Source of the DNA: Bacteroidales bacterium
Lineage (GTDB): Bacteria; Bacteroidota; Bacteroidia; Bacteroidales; TTA-H9
Direction of reading: 5' to 3'
NCBI GenBank assembly: GCA_049969475.1
Contig: JBMFOU010000014.1
Coordinates: 8,700 to 72,699 of the forward strand
Length of the DNA: 64,000 nt
The translations under genes and the position numbers were made by a program. The stretch's first letter is position 1. Every line of letters starts with the position of its first letter. Positions 9,590 through 19,458 of this stretch are shown here, piece by piece. The notes under the pieces were generated by a model that did not search any database, was not told where the DNA came from, and saw only the letters and a program-made list of their open reading frames with translations.

Positions 9590-11059
9590 ATGCAAAAATA
9601 TTTTCGATTTTTACTGTTTTTTTTATCTTTTTGGACACTGAGGGTAGAAGCTCAGGAATTTACGGGGCTCAATGTAGGTAATTTTAAAGGTGTAGATGCC
9701 ATTACGGCCAATCCTTCACTGGCCCTGCTGCAGCGCTCCTGGCTCGATATACGGCTTGCTGGAGTTGGGTTATTTGCTGAGAATACTTATGTATATATTC
9801 CGCGCGCCGACTTCAACCTGACTGATTTGCTCAGGAAAAATTATCAGTTTCCCAGGTATGGAGAATATGCGCGACCTGTCCTGGCATCGGCGGGTAGCAG
9901 GCTATTTTATGCATATACTGACAACCGACTTTTGCTGCCCGCCGTTTTATATTCCGACATGAGCAGGCGTTTTGCTATAGCTATTTCTTTGCAAAGCCGC
10001 TTTGCTGGGGGGGCTGAACGCATTCCTTATGACGTGGCGAATTTTAGCTATTACGGACTCGATTATTCACGGCAGCACCGTATTGAATACAATGATTTTA
10101 ATATCAGTGGATCTTCGTTGGCTTGGAGTGAGATAGGGGTCACCGTGGCGAGGGTACTTCGAAGAGAACGTTTCGATCTTTGGACGGCAGGCGTAACTTT
10201 TAAATATTTATTGGGTCATTCGGGTTTTTATGCCAGAATGGATAATGTTCGCTATATTGTACTCAACGATTCGACGATAAATATCCGAAACTTGACAGGC
10301 GAAGCGGCTTTTGCCGTGCCCATGAATTACAACACCAATACATTCCCGGGTGGTCAGCCTTACATCTTAGGAAAAGGTCTGGGATTCGATGTAGGTTTTA
10401 CTTTTTTAAAAACACCCCGGGAAATCAAGCGCCTTCTGCCTCAAAGGGTTTGCCAGACTTCCTTCGATGATTATGTTTGGCGTTTGGGCGTGTCGCTACT
10501 CGATGTGGGGGCTATTACTTTCCTTACTAATGCGCAGAAACACCGAATAACCAACACCCAATATTTTTGGGAGAATGCTAATCAGATAAGTTACCAGAAC
10601 GTGCAGGAGGCTGTGAATGATTTCAGCACCCGGCTTACAGGTAGCCCCCAAGGAACCCTTGTAGATACCATTTTTAGCATAGGACTGCCTACGGCCTTGA
10701 GTATTCAATACGACCGAAAGCTGGAGGGCCACTGGTATATTTATGCAGGTGCCCTCAAGGCACTCCCTTTAATGGGCGATGCCGCTATTCACCGACCTGA
10801 CCAAGTTATGCTTATTCCAAGGTACGAAACCAGATACTTTGAAGCAGCCTTTCCTTTAACAATGTACCGACTGGTAAGACCTCGCCTGGGGCTGAGTCTC
10901 CGATTTGGAACTTTTACCCTGGGGACTGATAATCTTGGAGGCTTTATTCGTCAGGGCAATTTTAAATCGGCCGACCTTTACTTTTCTTTGCGCATTAGTT
11001 TGCGTAAGGGTCATTGCTGGTATGGCAAACCCAGTGATCCTTGCTATAGCACCTACTAA
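9590..11059 (+). CDS. hypothetical outer-membrane protein (signal peptide, beta-rich)
   Basis: It has the signal peptide MQKYFRFLLFFLSFWTLRVEAQ and an alternating, aromatic-rich beta-strand pattern. I recognised no catalytic motif. I chose the ATG at 9590 over the TTG at 9569. Confidence 0.5.
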   Translation: MQKYFRFLLFFLSFWTLRVEAQEFTGLNVGNFKGVDAITANPSLALLQRSWLDIRLAGVGLFAENTYVYIPRADFNLTDLLRKNYQFPRYGEYARPVLASAGSRLFYAYTDNRLLLPAVLYSDMSRRFAIAISLQSRFAGGAERIPYDVANFSYYGLDYSRQHRIEYNDFNISGSSLAWSEIGVTVARVLRRERFDLWTAGVTFKYLLGHSGFYARMDNVRYIVLNDSTINIRNLTGEAAFAVPMNYNTNTFPGGQPYILGKGLGFDVGFTFLKTPREIKRLLPQRVCQTSFDDYVWRLGVSLLDVGAITFLTNAQKHRITNTQYFWENANQISYQNVQEAVNDFSTRLTGSPQGTLVDTIFSIGLPTALSIQYDRKLEGHWYIYAGALKALPLMGDAAIHRPDQVMLIPRYETRYFEAAFPLTMYRLVRPRLGLSLRFGTFTLGTDNLGGFIRQGNFKSADLYFSLRISLRKGHCWYGKPSDPCYSTY

Positions 11060-11110
11060 CGCCAAAAAGAAGTCTATTTTTTTAACGATTTTTGATGAAA
11101 TTTGGGTTTT

Positions 11111-11548
11111 ATGGAAGATAAATTGCTTAAATACTGGCTTATTCAGGAACTGCTCCTTCAGGGATACCGGCTGCTTTTTGGATTTATGCAGGTGATTTTA
11201 TTTACGGGAGCTGCTATCCAAGTTTCCACCCAACACAATACCTATTTGTTTAATAATCTGATGTTTGTAGCGCTGGTATTGATGGGGCTTGGAATAAAGA
11301 TTACCCGTGCAAGGGCTTTGGATGTATCCTATTTTCAGTGGCAGATAGCCCTAGTAAAAGAAATGAGCCCTGACAAAAATATTTTGTCTGAATTCAAACG
11401 ATGGCAGAAACTTCCAGGGAAGGAGAAACACCGGATGATGAAGGAAGCAGGTATTTTACCCTCCGCCAGTCGTAAGGTTTTTGAAGTTTGGCTGCCAGGT
11501 ATATTCCTTGTAGGCTGGTTTGCTATGTGTTTGATTGTATGGATGTAA
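11111..11548 (+). CDS. hypothetical membrane protein
   Basis: This is a 145-aa ORF with about 3 hydrophobic helices. I recognised no family. Confidence 0.4.
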   Translation: MEDKLLKYWLIQELLLQGYRLLFGFMQVILFTGAAIQVSTQHNTYLFNNLMFVALVLMGLGIKITRARALDVSYFQWQIALVKEMSPDKNILSEFKRWQKLPGKEKHRMMKEAGILPSASRKVFEVWLPGIFLVGWFAMCLIVWM

Positions 11549-11570
11549 TAGCTACGATGACAAAAATAAA

Positions 11571-11614
11571 AAAGGTTGTCCCATGGGGTGTATGGCGACC
11601 TGTAGACAACCTTT
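11571..11614. terminator. possible bidirectional terminator hairpin between convergent genes
   Basis: A 10-bp stem forms between aaaggttgtc (11571-11580) and gacaaccttt (11605-11614). The loop is long at 24 nt. Confidence 0.45.
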
Positions 11615-11639
11615 AGTGGGTATAATTCAGCTCCTTATA

Positions 11640-13331
11640 TCAGGCGCCGATTTTTGTATTTACAATTTCAAGGATTTCCTTTTCAGCCGTGAGTGCTTTC
11701 TTTTCTATTTCTGCCCCTCTGTTAATGAGATCCTGGGCCTGGGTTTTATTGTCCAATCCGGCGGCATTAATTTTAACATTTAGAAATGCACCCATAACGG
11801 CTGTACGGGCACAGAGAGCTCCCACTCCTGCATCGCTCAACGAATTGGGATTTCCATGTTCTGCCATGGCTTTAATAATTTCGAAGGCTTCCAACGACTT
11901 TTCCATGGTGCCCAGGGGTGTGAGGGTAGCGTACAGGGTGGCTTCCTGAATAGCCTTTTTACGGGCTGCCTTTTCTTCATCGGTTGCTTTGGGCAGGCCA
12001 AAGGCATCCATGATCTTATTGAATGCCCGGGTATCTTCATCTACCAGATGAAGGAGTTCTTCCATGAGATGATGGCCTTTTTCGGCCCAATCGCTGAAAA
12101 ATTCCCACTTCTCGTCCCAGCCGGGTTTATGTGCACTGAGATTCGCCACCATGGTACCCAGCGCTGCAGCCAAAGCACCCACATAGGCTGAAATGCTTCC
12201 ACCGCCAGGTGCCGGAGATTCGGAAGCTGTTTCGTAGGCAAAGCCCTTTGAGGTAAGGTCAACCAGCAGCTTTTGTTTCTCTTCGGCTGCCAGCATGTAT
12301 TCAATAATCTTTTCCTCTGGTTTGAAAGGCTTCAGGTCGTCGAGTCCCATGCTTTTGACGGCAATCTTTATCAGCTCACTGTCGGGAACGCCAAGGCTTC
12401 GCTGCTGTTTGCGCAGAAAATACCGACCTGCTTCGAGGATGGCCCGTGCTGGCACCAGACCTACAATCTCGGTACCTGTAACTCGCAGCCCCCGCTGACG
12501 GGCTTTTTCCGAAACCTCTTCAAAAGCTATATGCAAGGGCGTCTGAGAAATATTGGTAATGTTCATCGATACCTGAGCAATGCCATATTCATCGATAAAC
12601 CAGCCGATGGCCTTGGTTCCCTTGAGCGTTCCCGGAATCCAAATTTCGTTGCCGTTTTCGTCTTTTTTAATTTTTCCGGTAACTGGATTTCCTTCACGTA
12701 GGGGCCGGCCTTTTTCTCTTACGTCGAATGCCACCGCATTAGCCCTACGGGTGGAAGTGGTATTGAGGTTGAAATTGACGGCGATAAGAAAATCGCGGGC
12801 TCCGATGGCTGTGGCTCCAGCGGTGGCATTAAACTCGGCCGGCCCAAAATCCGGCTTCCATTCGGGTTTAGCGAGTTTCTCCGGCAATCCTTCATATTCC
12901 CCTGCTCTAACATGGGCAAGATTGCGCCTTTCAGGCGTAAAAGCTGCATTTTCGTAGCAATACACCGGAATGCCCAGTTCTCTCCCTACGCGTTCACCCA
13001 ATTTCCTGGCATACTCCACAGTTTCTTCCATGCTAATGTTAGCTACTGGTACCAGCGGACATACATCCGTGGCACCAAAGCGGGGATGAGCTCCTTTATG
13101 TTTACGCATATCGATTACCTCGGATGCCTTGCGAATGGCTCGGAATGCTGCTTCAATCACGGGTTCTGGTTCTCCAACAAAGGTAACCACTGTTCGGTTG
13201 GTGGCCTGTCCGGGGTCTACATCCAGCAGCCTCACCCCTTCCACACTCTCTATTTCTGCAGTTATCTGACGGATGATGCCCATATCGCGTCCTTCACTGA
13301 AGTTGGGCACACATTCGATAAGTTTTTTCAT
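11640..13331 (-). CDS. ftcD: bifunctional glutamate formimidoyltransferase / formimidoyltetrahydrofolate cyclodeaminase
   Basis: The N-terminus is MKKLIECVPNFSEGR (formiminotransferase). The C-terminal third is helical and cyclodeaminase-like. I chose the ATG at 13331 over the upstream start at 13397. Confidence 0.85.
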   Translation of the reverse strand: MKKLIECVPNFSEGRDMGIIRQITAEIESVEGVRLLDVDPGQATNRTVVTFVGEPEPVIEAAFRAIRKASEVIDMRKHKGAHPRFGATDVCPLVPVANISMEETVEYARKLGERVGRELGIPVYCYENAAFTPERRNLAHVRAGEYEGLPEKLAKPEWKPDFGPAEFNATAGATAIGARDFLIAVNFNLNTTSTRRANAVAFDVREKGRPLREGNPVTGKIKKDENGNEIWIPGTLKGTKAIGWFIDEYGIAQVSMNITNISQTPLHIAFEEVSEKARQRGLRVTGTEIVGLVPARAILEAGRYFLRKQQRSLGVPDSELIKIAVKSMGLDDLKPFKPEEKIIEYMLAAEEKQKLLVDLTSKGFAYETASESPAPGGGSISAYVGALAAALGTMVANLSAHKPGWDEKWEFFSDWAEKGHHLMEELLHLVDEDTRAFNKIMDAFGLPKATDEEKAARKKAIQEATLYATLTPLGTMEKSLEAFEIIKAMAEHGNPNSLSDAGVGALCARTAVMGAFLNVKINAAGLDNKTQAQDLINRGAEIEKKALTAEKEILEIVNTKIGA

Positions 13332-13374
13332 AAGTGAATGATTTATAATACTTCTGTTGTTTTCTCTGGTTTTG

Positions 13375-13382
13375 CAAAGGTA
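13375..13382 (-). promoter_or_regulatory. candidate -7 box (TACCTTTG) for ftcD
   Basis: The reverse complement of caaaggta matches TAnnTTTG. It lies 44-51 nt upstream of 13331. Confidence 0.4.
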
Positions 13383-13484
13383 TTGGCTTGATAGCATTCC
13401 TGCAAACCTTTGCGGAAGAGGAAAGCTCAGCAGGGAAGTATGTCTAAAATGTTGTATTTTCGGCGGACTTAAATAATAACCTGT

Positions 13485-15443
13485 ATGAAATTGAGATTTT
13501 GGCTGATAGGTTTTGTGATCGGGACCCTAAGCTTAGAAGCACAGGTAAATCATCTCAATCCAGTCCCATTCACCCGAGTGAAGCTGAACGATGCTTTTTG
13601 GGCACCCCGCATTCAAACCAATCACGAGGTTACCATTCCTATTTCCATTCAGAAAAGCCGCGAAACGGGGCGCATTCAGAATTTTGTGGTGGCAGCCCGC
13701 CTGGCGCCCGGTAGTTTTTGCTCCAAATATCCTTTCGACGACAGCGATGTTTTTAAAATCATTGAAGGGGCCAGCTATTCCTTACAACTCTTCCCCGATA
13801 CCCGACTTGAGGCTACGCTCGACACGCTGATCCATTATATTGCTCTGGCTCAGGAGCCCGATGGATATCTATACACCAACCGAACCATCGATTCCAACAA
13901 TCTTCATCCCTGGGTAAGCCGAAAGCGCTGGGAAAACGATCCCATACTCAGTCATGAGTTATACAATGTGGGGCATTTGTATGAAGCGGCCGTTGCCCAT
14001 TACCAGGCTACGGGAAAACGTACACTGCTCGATGTGGCCATTAAAAATGCAGACCTCGTTGCCCGGGATTTCCTCGACCGGGGCTTGAAATTCTATCCGG
14101 GACATCAAGAGATTGAGTTGGCTCTTGTAAAACTCTACCGCGTAACGGGAAATGAACGTTATCTGCAATTGGCTAAGTATTTTTTGGATATCAGGAAAGG
14201 GGGAGAAGTATACAACCAGGCACATAAGCCAGTGGTAGAGCAGGACGAAATTATTGGGCATGCGGTGCGGGCCACCTATATGTATTGCGGAATGGCTGAT
14301 GTAGCTGCACTAACAGGCGAAAAGGCCTATCAGGATGCCATTCGGCGCATATGGAACGACATGATAAGAGGTAAATATTACATAACGGGTGGAATTGGCA
14401 GCGACGCGTCCAACGAAGGTTTCGGACCAGCCTATCATCTGCCCAACGAAACAGCATATTGTGAAACCTGCGCTTCTATCGGCAACGTGTTGTGGAACTA
14501 CCGAATGTTTCTGATGGATGCCGATGCCCGCTATCTCGATGTTGCCGAGCGAACCCTGTATAATGCACTTTTGTCGGGGGTATCGCTCAGCGGTGACCGA
14601 TTTTTTTATCCCAATCCTCTCGAATCGAACGGCCAACATAAGCGGGCCGAATGGTTTGGCTGTGCTTGCTGCCCTTCTAATATCTGCCGCTTTCTTCCTT
14701 CCTTACCTGGATTTTTCTATGCTTACAATGCTGACCGGCTCTACGTTAATTTCTATGCAGGGGGTACTGCTAATCCCCTCGATGGCGTGGTCATTGAAAC
14801 CTTTACCCATTATCCCTGGGAGGGGAATATTGCAATGGTTTTAAAAGAAGTAAGGGGAATGCCGGGTCGGTTGGCTTTGCGTATTCCGGGATGGGCGAGG
14901 GGAGAGGCCGTTCCGTCGGATCTCTACAGGTTCACCAACAGGAAACCTTCCGAAATATGCATTGCTGTGAATGGTCAGGCAGTCAATTATACCATGGAAA
15001 AGGGCTTTGCTATTATACAGCGCGATTGGCAGCCCGGCGATCGAATAGACCTCACTCTTTCGATGCCGGTGAAATTTGTGGTGGCTCACCCGGAGGTGAA
15101 AGAAGACTCAGGAAAAGTGGCCCTGCAACGGGGGCCTCTGGTGTACTGCCTCGAATGGCCCGACCAATTAGTGGAGGAAACAGATGCTACTGAGTTAGAT
15201 TCACTAGCTAATCTCTGGGACATTTCGCTTATGAAGATCGACACCTCTGCAGCCATTCAAGTAAGGCCCTTCGAAGGTTTGCTCCCGGGCACTTTGGTAT
15301 TGGAGGGAAAGGCATTCGTGACGGGGTCAGGCAAGAAAGAATGGTCTGAAGTGCACTTCAGGGCTATTCCTTATTTTGAATGGGCAAATCGGGGCCCGGG
15401 CCGCATGCGGGTATGGTTGCCCGTGGCAGATCGTAAGCTTTGA
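13485..15443 (+). CDS. glycoside hydrolase family 127 (beta-L-arabinofuranosidase-like, DUF1680)
   Basis: It has a signal peptide. The motifs AYCETCASIGN and FGCACCPSNICRF match the Glu/Cys3 zinc site and catalytic Cys arrangement of HypBA1-type GH127 enzymes. Confidence 0.85.
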   Translation: MKLRFWLIGFVIGTLSLEAQVNHLNPVPFTRVKLNDAFWAPRIQTNHEVTIPISIQKSRETGRIQNFVVAARLAPGSFCSKYPFDDSDVFKIIEGASYSLQLFPDTRLEATLDTLIHYIALAQEPDGYLYTNRTIDSNNLHPWVSRKRWENDPILSHELYNVGHLYEAAVAHYQATGKRTLLDVAIKNADLVARDFLDRGLKFYPGHQEIELALVKLYRVTGNERYLQLAKYFLDIRKGGEVYNQAHKPVVEQDEIIGHAVRATYMYCGMADVAALTGEKAYQDAIRRIWNDMIRGKYYITGGIGSDASNEGFGPAYHLPNETAYCETCASIGNVLWNYRMFLMDADARYLDVAERTLYNALLSGVSLSGDRFFYPNPLESNGQHKRAEWFGCACCPSNICRFLPSLPGFFYAYNADRLYVNFYAGGTANPLDGVVIETFTHYPWEGNIAMVLKEVRGMPGRLALRIPGWARGEAVPSDLYRFTNRKPSEICIAVNGQAVNYTMEKGFAIIQRDWQPGDRIDLTLSMPVKFVVAHPEVKEDSGKVALQRGPLVYCLEWPDQLVEETDATELDSLANLWDISLMKIDTSAAIQVRPFEGLLPGTLVLEGKAFVTGSGKKEWSEVHFRAIPYFEWANRGPGRMRVWLPVADRKL

Positions 15444-15447
15444 AGTC

Positions 15448-16452
15448 CTATCGGGGCGGCTTATATCCGGAACGGTCGAAAATACTCCTGAAATTTGTGT
15501 TATTGAGTATCGAAGCTAAATTTTCTTTAGGGTGATTTTTTAAGTAAGCTCTTACAATCTGCCAACCCATAAACTGGCCCGTACGTCCTGGGGCTCCCTC
15601 AGGAAAACCCTGCGTGGTAGGGCCTTCACCCACAAATTTGTTAATAACACTTTTCTCTCGACTAAACAAAAGGTTCTGACCCGTCAGAAAAGCCCACATC
15701 TCTTTTTCATTCGACAAACACCATTCATATTGCTCAGGCGTATAGCCGATTAGCAAATGCGAAGGTACTTCAGGAAGAATTTTTTCAGTTGCTGCCAACA
15801 GTAAACCTTGGGCTATCATTTGTTCGATAAGTGCACCATCATCCGGATATTCGGCCATACGAGCTATCAGTATGGTTTTAATAACGTCAGGCACCAGATT
15901 GTCAGGTGTCATTCGGCGAGTGATATACACCGGAATATGGACTGACCGATATCCCTGAAAATCGTTACCCAGATAGTTATCCAGCGGAATTACGAGCACG
16001 GAATCTTTTGTAAAAATACCATGTTCGATATCGAAACCACTAATATAGCTGTAAACATGTGAGGGCGGATTCCAATCCGGAAAGTAAAATTTCAGGTAGC
16101 GAAAGGCTTCGGTTAGTTGCGACTCCACTGTTTTTAAGTCAGGAAAAACTCGGGTGCTTTTTACATAGGCTTCGATGATGACTGGGTCGTTGAGATAATT
16201 TTCCATCTGTAGCAAGCTGGCCGGATTGTTATATTCTTCTCCGATAAAAAGGGGATATTTCGCGGCCAGTTTTTTCATCTCTGTGGGCAAACTGTCTGCC
16301 TTTACGCGAAAAAGATCTACTTCATAGCGCTCAATGTGTACAGGCTTTATCTTTATCCCTCTCAGGTCAGGCTTGTCGCTTCTTTTACAACCAGTTAGAA
16401 GCAAGAAGAAAGCAGGGATTAACCAAAAGAGGTGAACAAACTTTTTTATCAT
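15448..16452 (-). CDS. gldB: GldB-like gliding-motility lipoprotein
   Basis: It has a lipobox (LLLTGCK). The C-terminal block IGYTPEQYEWC...PGRTGQFMGWQIVRAY...YKPPR matches my recollection of GldB-family proteins. Confidence 0.6.
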   Translation of the reverse strand: MIKKFVHLFWLIPAFFLLLTGCKRSDKPDLRGIKIKPVHIERYEVDLFRVKADSLPTEMKKLAAKYPLFIGEEYNNPASLLQMENYLNDPVIIEAYVKSTRVFPDLKTVESQLTEAFRYLKFYFPDWNPPSHVYSYISGFDIEHGIFTKDSVLVIPLDNYLGNDFQGYRSVHIPVYITRRMTPDNLVPDVIKTILIARMAEYPDDGALIEQMIAQGLLLAATEKILPEVPSHLLIGYTPEQYEWCLSNEKEMWAFLTGQNLLFSREKSVINKFVGEGPTTQGFPEGAPGRTGQFMGWQIVRAYLKNHPKENLASILNNTNFRSIFDRSGYKPPR

Positions 16453-16467
16453 AACCGAAATCTATTG

Positions 16468-16509
16468 AAAAACAAAAGGTTCCTGTATCAAGCGCTGACC
16501 CAGGAACCT
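16468..16509 (-). terminator. intrinsic terminator downstream of the OMP gene
   Basis: A 9-bp stem forms between aggttcctg (16477-16485) and caggaacct (16501-16509). The minus strand continues TTTTGTTTTTC. Confidence 0.7.
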
Positions 16510-16527
16510 ATGGCGTTTATTTTTGAT

Positions 16528-17136
16528 TTAGAGTATTTTCCATCCCAGACTTACGTTGAACATGCGTGGTTTGATACTCTGTCCGGTTTCGGTGGAAATG
16601 TTATTGAGTCCTATTTCGTATCTCACATCGAAGGTAAACATCAGCACATCTACTCCAGCACCGAGGGTGGCAGCCCATACAGCATCTTTGAGTTTAATTT
16701 CGTCTGCAGTTGCTGACAAATTATTGATTTTTAGTTTTTTGTTTAATGCAAAAGAAGCTACCGGACCTGCGAATACCCGCAGTTTGGCAACCGGTGTGTT
16801 TAACAACTTATTTCCGATAAGCAAGGGAATATCAAGCGCAGTCATTGAGTATTCGTAATTATCTATTCCTGAACCTCCTGTGGCTGTCAGGTTGAATTTA
16901 CCACCCCTGCCGGAAATCATGAGCTCGGGCTGAAAATAAGTTTTTCCTCCTAAGCGTGCAAAGGCTCCTAATTGCAGACCTGATTTGCTTTGTTCTTTTA
17001 GAATATTAACATTCTCTCCCATGTCGGTGGAGAGTCGGTTGACATTGAGGCCTATTTTGGGCCCGAAAGAGAGCTGTCCGAATATCATCAGGCTGTTTAA
17101 AAGAAAAAACATGGCAAACAGTGCAGTCTTTTTCAT
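16528..17136 (-). CDS. small outer-membrane beta-barrel protein (PorT/OmpA-barrel-like porin family)
   Basis: It has a signal peptide, is 202 aa, carries the LDIPLL motif, shows alternating beta strands and ends in a C-terminal aromatic strand. Confidence 0.65.
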   Translation of the reverse strand: MKKTALFAMFFLLNSLMIFGQLSFGPKIGLNVNRLSTDMGENVNILKEQSKSGLQLGAFARLGGKTYFQPELMISGRGGKFNLTATGGSGIDNYEYSMTALDIPLLIGNKLLNTPVAKLRVFAGPVASFALNKKLKINNLSATADEIKLKDAVWAATLGAGVDVLMFTFDVRYEIGLNNISTETGQSIKPRMFNVSLGWKIL

Positions 17137-17268
17137 AGATAAGCGTTTTGGTGTTGCGGCAAATTTACTATTTCCTGAAATCTTTCTAAAAAATTAGTTG
17201 AAGATGTAAGTATAAAAACCCCCCTTCGCATGGAAATTTTGTATATTTGGATGGGTATTTCTTTCAAA

Positions 17269-19386
17269 ATGCGTCATTTTCTTTTCATCCTGGCAGCTAT
17301 TTCATTTGCAGTTTTGCAAGGATATGCGAAACCTGAAAATGTAGTTTTGAGTTCTTCAGAGCAGAGCTGGTTGAAGCAACATGCATCCCAAATCCGGTTT
17401 GCCCCCAATCCTACCTGGCCCCCGGCCGAGTTTGTCGATGATTCTGGAAATTATCGGGGTATTGCAGCTGAATATATAGAAAGGATTGAAAATCAGTTGG
17501 GCATAAAATTCCAGAGGGTAGAGTTCAAGACCTGGGCTGAGATTTTGAATGCATTGGAGCAGGGGAAGGTGGATTTTGTGGCTGGCATCCATAAAAATGC
17601 AGAAAGGGAGCAGTTTCTGGAGTTTACGGGCACTTACCTTGAGGCTCCCGTGGTAGTTTTGTGCAGAAACGATTTTTATGATAAATACCACTCGGGCGAT
17701 CTAAGGGGTTTGCGTTTGGCCTGCACCGAGGGCTATGCGAGTATAAATCATGTAATAGCGAATTTTCCTGATGCCCAAATTATTACTACCCCAACAGATT
17801 TGAGCGCCTTGCTTATGGCCTCACTGGGAAATGTGGACGGGGCTATAGTAGATATCTTAACTGCCAGCTACCTTGCTCAAAAATATGGAATTACCCATCT
17901 GGCTCTGGCTACCGAAACCGGATTCAATTGGGAGATTGGAATGGCCGTTAGGAAAGAGTATGCCCCGCTGGCAGGTATAATTGATAAGGTATTATCTTCC
18001 ATTTCTGAAGAAGAGAAAGAAAGCATTTACGAGAAATGGGTTAATGTTAAAATGCCTGATATTGAAGATTACAAAACAATTCGTCTACAGCGAATATTAT
18101 GGATTTCTCTGGCTGTATTAGCTGTGCTGGTCGGGTTGGGTGCAGTGATATCGGTGAGTCTTCGGAGGGAGGTGGCCCGTAAAACAGCTGCCTTGCGAGT
18201 TGCTAATAAGCAACTGGAGGCCCTGCTCGAAAGTCTTCAGCGTGAAATTCAGGAAAAAAATCATGTGGCCGACTTGCTCGAACAAAATGCCCGAAAACTC
18301 AGCGACATTTTCAATGCTGTAAGCGATGGTATCCTTATAATTGAACTGCAGAATAAAACCATTACTGAATGTAATGCCCGTGCTGCCGAGTTGTTATGCT
18401 TTATCTCACCCGATTTCCTTCTCAATAAAAATATTTCAGACTTGCCTTTGTCCGACAGGGGTTTGACAGAAGAACATCTTTTTGAACTTATGAATAATAC
18501 CCTGAAAACAGGGGAAAGCCATACTACGATTCATTCGACATGCATGAATGGCAGAGACTTGAGGCTCGCGTTAAATTTGCGTAAAATCGTTTTGCGGAAA
18601 TCGGAAAGTATTTTAGTGGTTATCAGGGATGTGACAGAAAGTTACCATTACGAGGAACAACTCAGGCTGGCCATGGAAGAGGCCCAGCGCAACGATCGCC
18701 TGAAATCTGCCTTTCTTAGAAACATAAGCCATGAATTCCGTACACCCATGAATGGAATTTTGGGGTTTGCTAATCTTCTGAAAGACAGAGAAATGAGAGA
18801 AAAATACTTAGATGAGTTCCTCGATCGCATTGAAAAGAGCGGGAATCGTTTTCTGAACTTAATCGATGAAATGGTGGAAATCTCCAAGTTGGAGTCAGGT
18901 GAGGTATCTATGGTTTTCGAAAAAATTGATTTAAAGGAGTTTTTAGAAGAAATGAGAATTGAATTTATGCCTGAAGCCCAGGCGAAAGGTCTTTTCCTGA
19001 TTGTTAAGGAGGATGTGCGTTGCCAAGAAGTGGAATGTTATGCTGATAGGACGGTTTTAAAATCGATTTTAAAACATATCATACGTAATGCCATTAAATA
19101 TAGCTCGCAGGGAATTATTGAGTTGGGATATTACCGGAAAATGGAAGAAACGGAAATCTACATCAAGGATCAGGGCATTGGGATACCTCCCGATAAATTG
19201 GAGTCTGTTTTAAATTTGTTTGAGCAAGCCGATCCAGAGGATATGGATGTTCGGGAAGGAATAGGATTAGGACTCAGTATTGCCCGCAAATTCTCACATC
19301 TGCTGGGTGGCCAAATATGGATAGAGAGCAAGGAGCACCAGGGTACCATAGTTTATTTAAGCATTCCTGACCAGCGGTTAGATTGA
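17269..19386 (+). CDS. sensor histidine kinase with a periplasmic solute-binding (SBP_bac_3-like) domain, TM segment, PAS, HisKA and HATPase
   Basis: The H-box is SHEFRTPMNGILGF, the G-boxes are DQGIGI and GIGLGLSI, and the PAS-like segment is FNAVSDGILIIE. No adjacent response regulator is present. I chose the ATG at 17269. Confidence 0.85.
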   Translation: MRHFLFILAAISFAVLQGYAKPENVVLSSSEQSWLKQHASQIRFAPNPTWPPAEFVDDSGNYRGIAAEYIERIENQLGIKFQRVEFKTWAEILNALEQGKVDFVAGIHKNAEREQFLEFTGTYLEAPVVVLCRNDFYDKYHSGDLRGLRLACTEGYASINHVIANFPDAQIITTPTDLSALLMASLGNVDGAIVDILTASYLAQKYGITHLALATETGFNWEIGMAVRKEYAPLAGIIDKVLSSISEEEKESIYEKWVNVKMPDIEDYKTIRLQRILWISLAVLAVLVGLGAVISVSLRREVARKTAALRVANKQLEALLESLQREIQEKNHVADLLEQNARKLSDIFNAVSDGILIIELQNKTITECNARAAELLCFISPDFLLNKNISDLPLSDRGLTEEHLFELMNNTLKTGESHTTIHSTCMNGRDLRLALNLRKIVLRKSESILVVIRDVTESYHYEEQLRLAMEEAQRNDRLKSAFLRNISHEFRTPMNGILGFANLLKDREMREKYLDEFLDRIEKSGNRFLNLIDEMVEISKLESGEVSMVFEKIDLKEFLEEMRIEFMPEAQAKGLFLIVKEDVRCQEVECYADRTVLKSILKHIIRNAIKYSSQGIIELGYYRKMEETEIYIKDQGIGIPPDKLESVLNLFEQADPEDMDVREGIGLGLSIARKFSHLLGGQIWIESKEHQGTIVYLSIPDQRLD

Positions 19387-19458
19387 CTTCATGCTTTCAC
19401 CCCTCTGAGTAGCCGGTGCGTATTTTGAATATTTTTGCACTGAAAATAACTAATCACC

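Noticed and set aside
11689-13337. A series of overlapping ORFs opposite to or inside the formimidoyltransferase-cyclodeaminase gene (for example 12273-12701, 12580-12957, 12912-13337).
   Set aside because: These are shadow frames of a confidently identified gene, and none has recognisable motifs.
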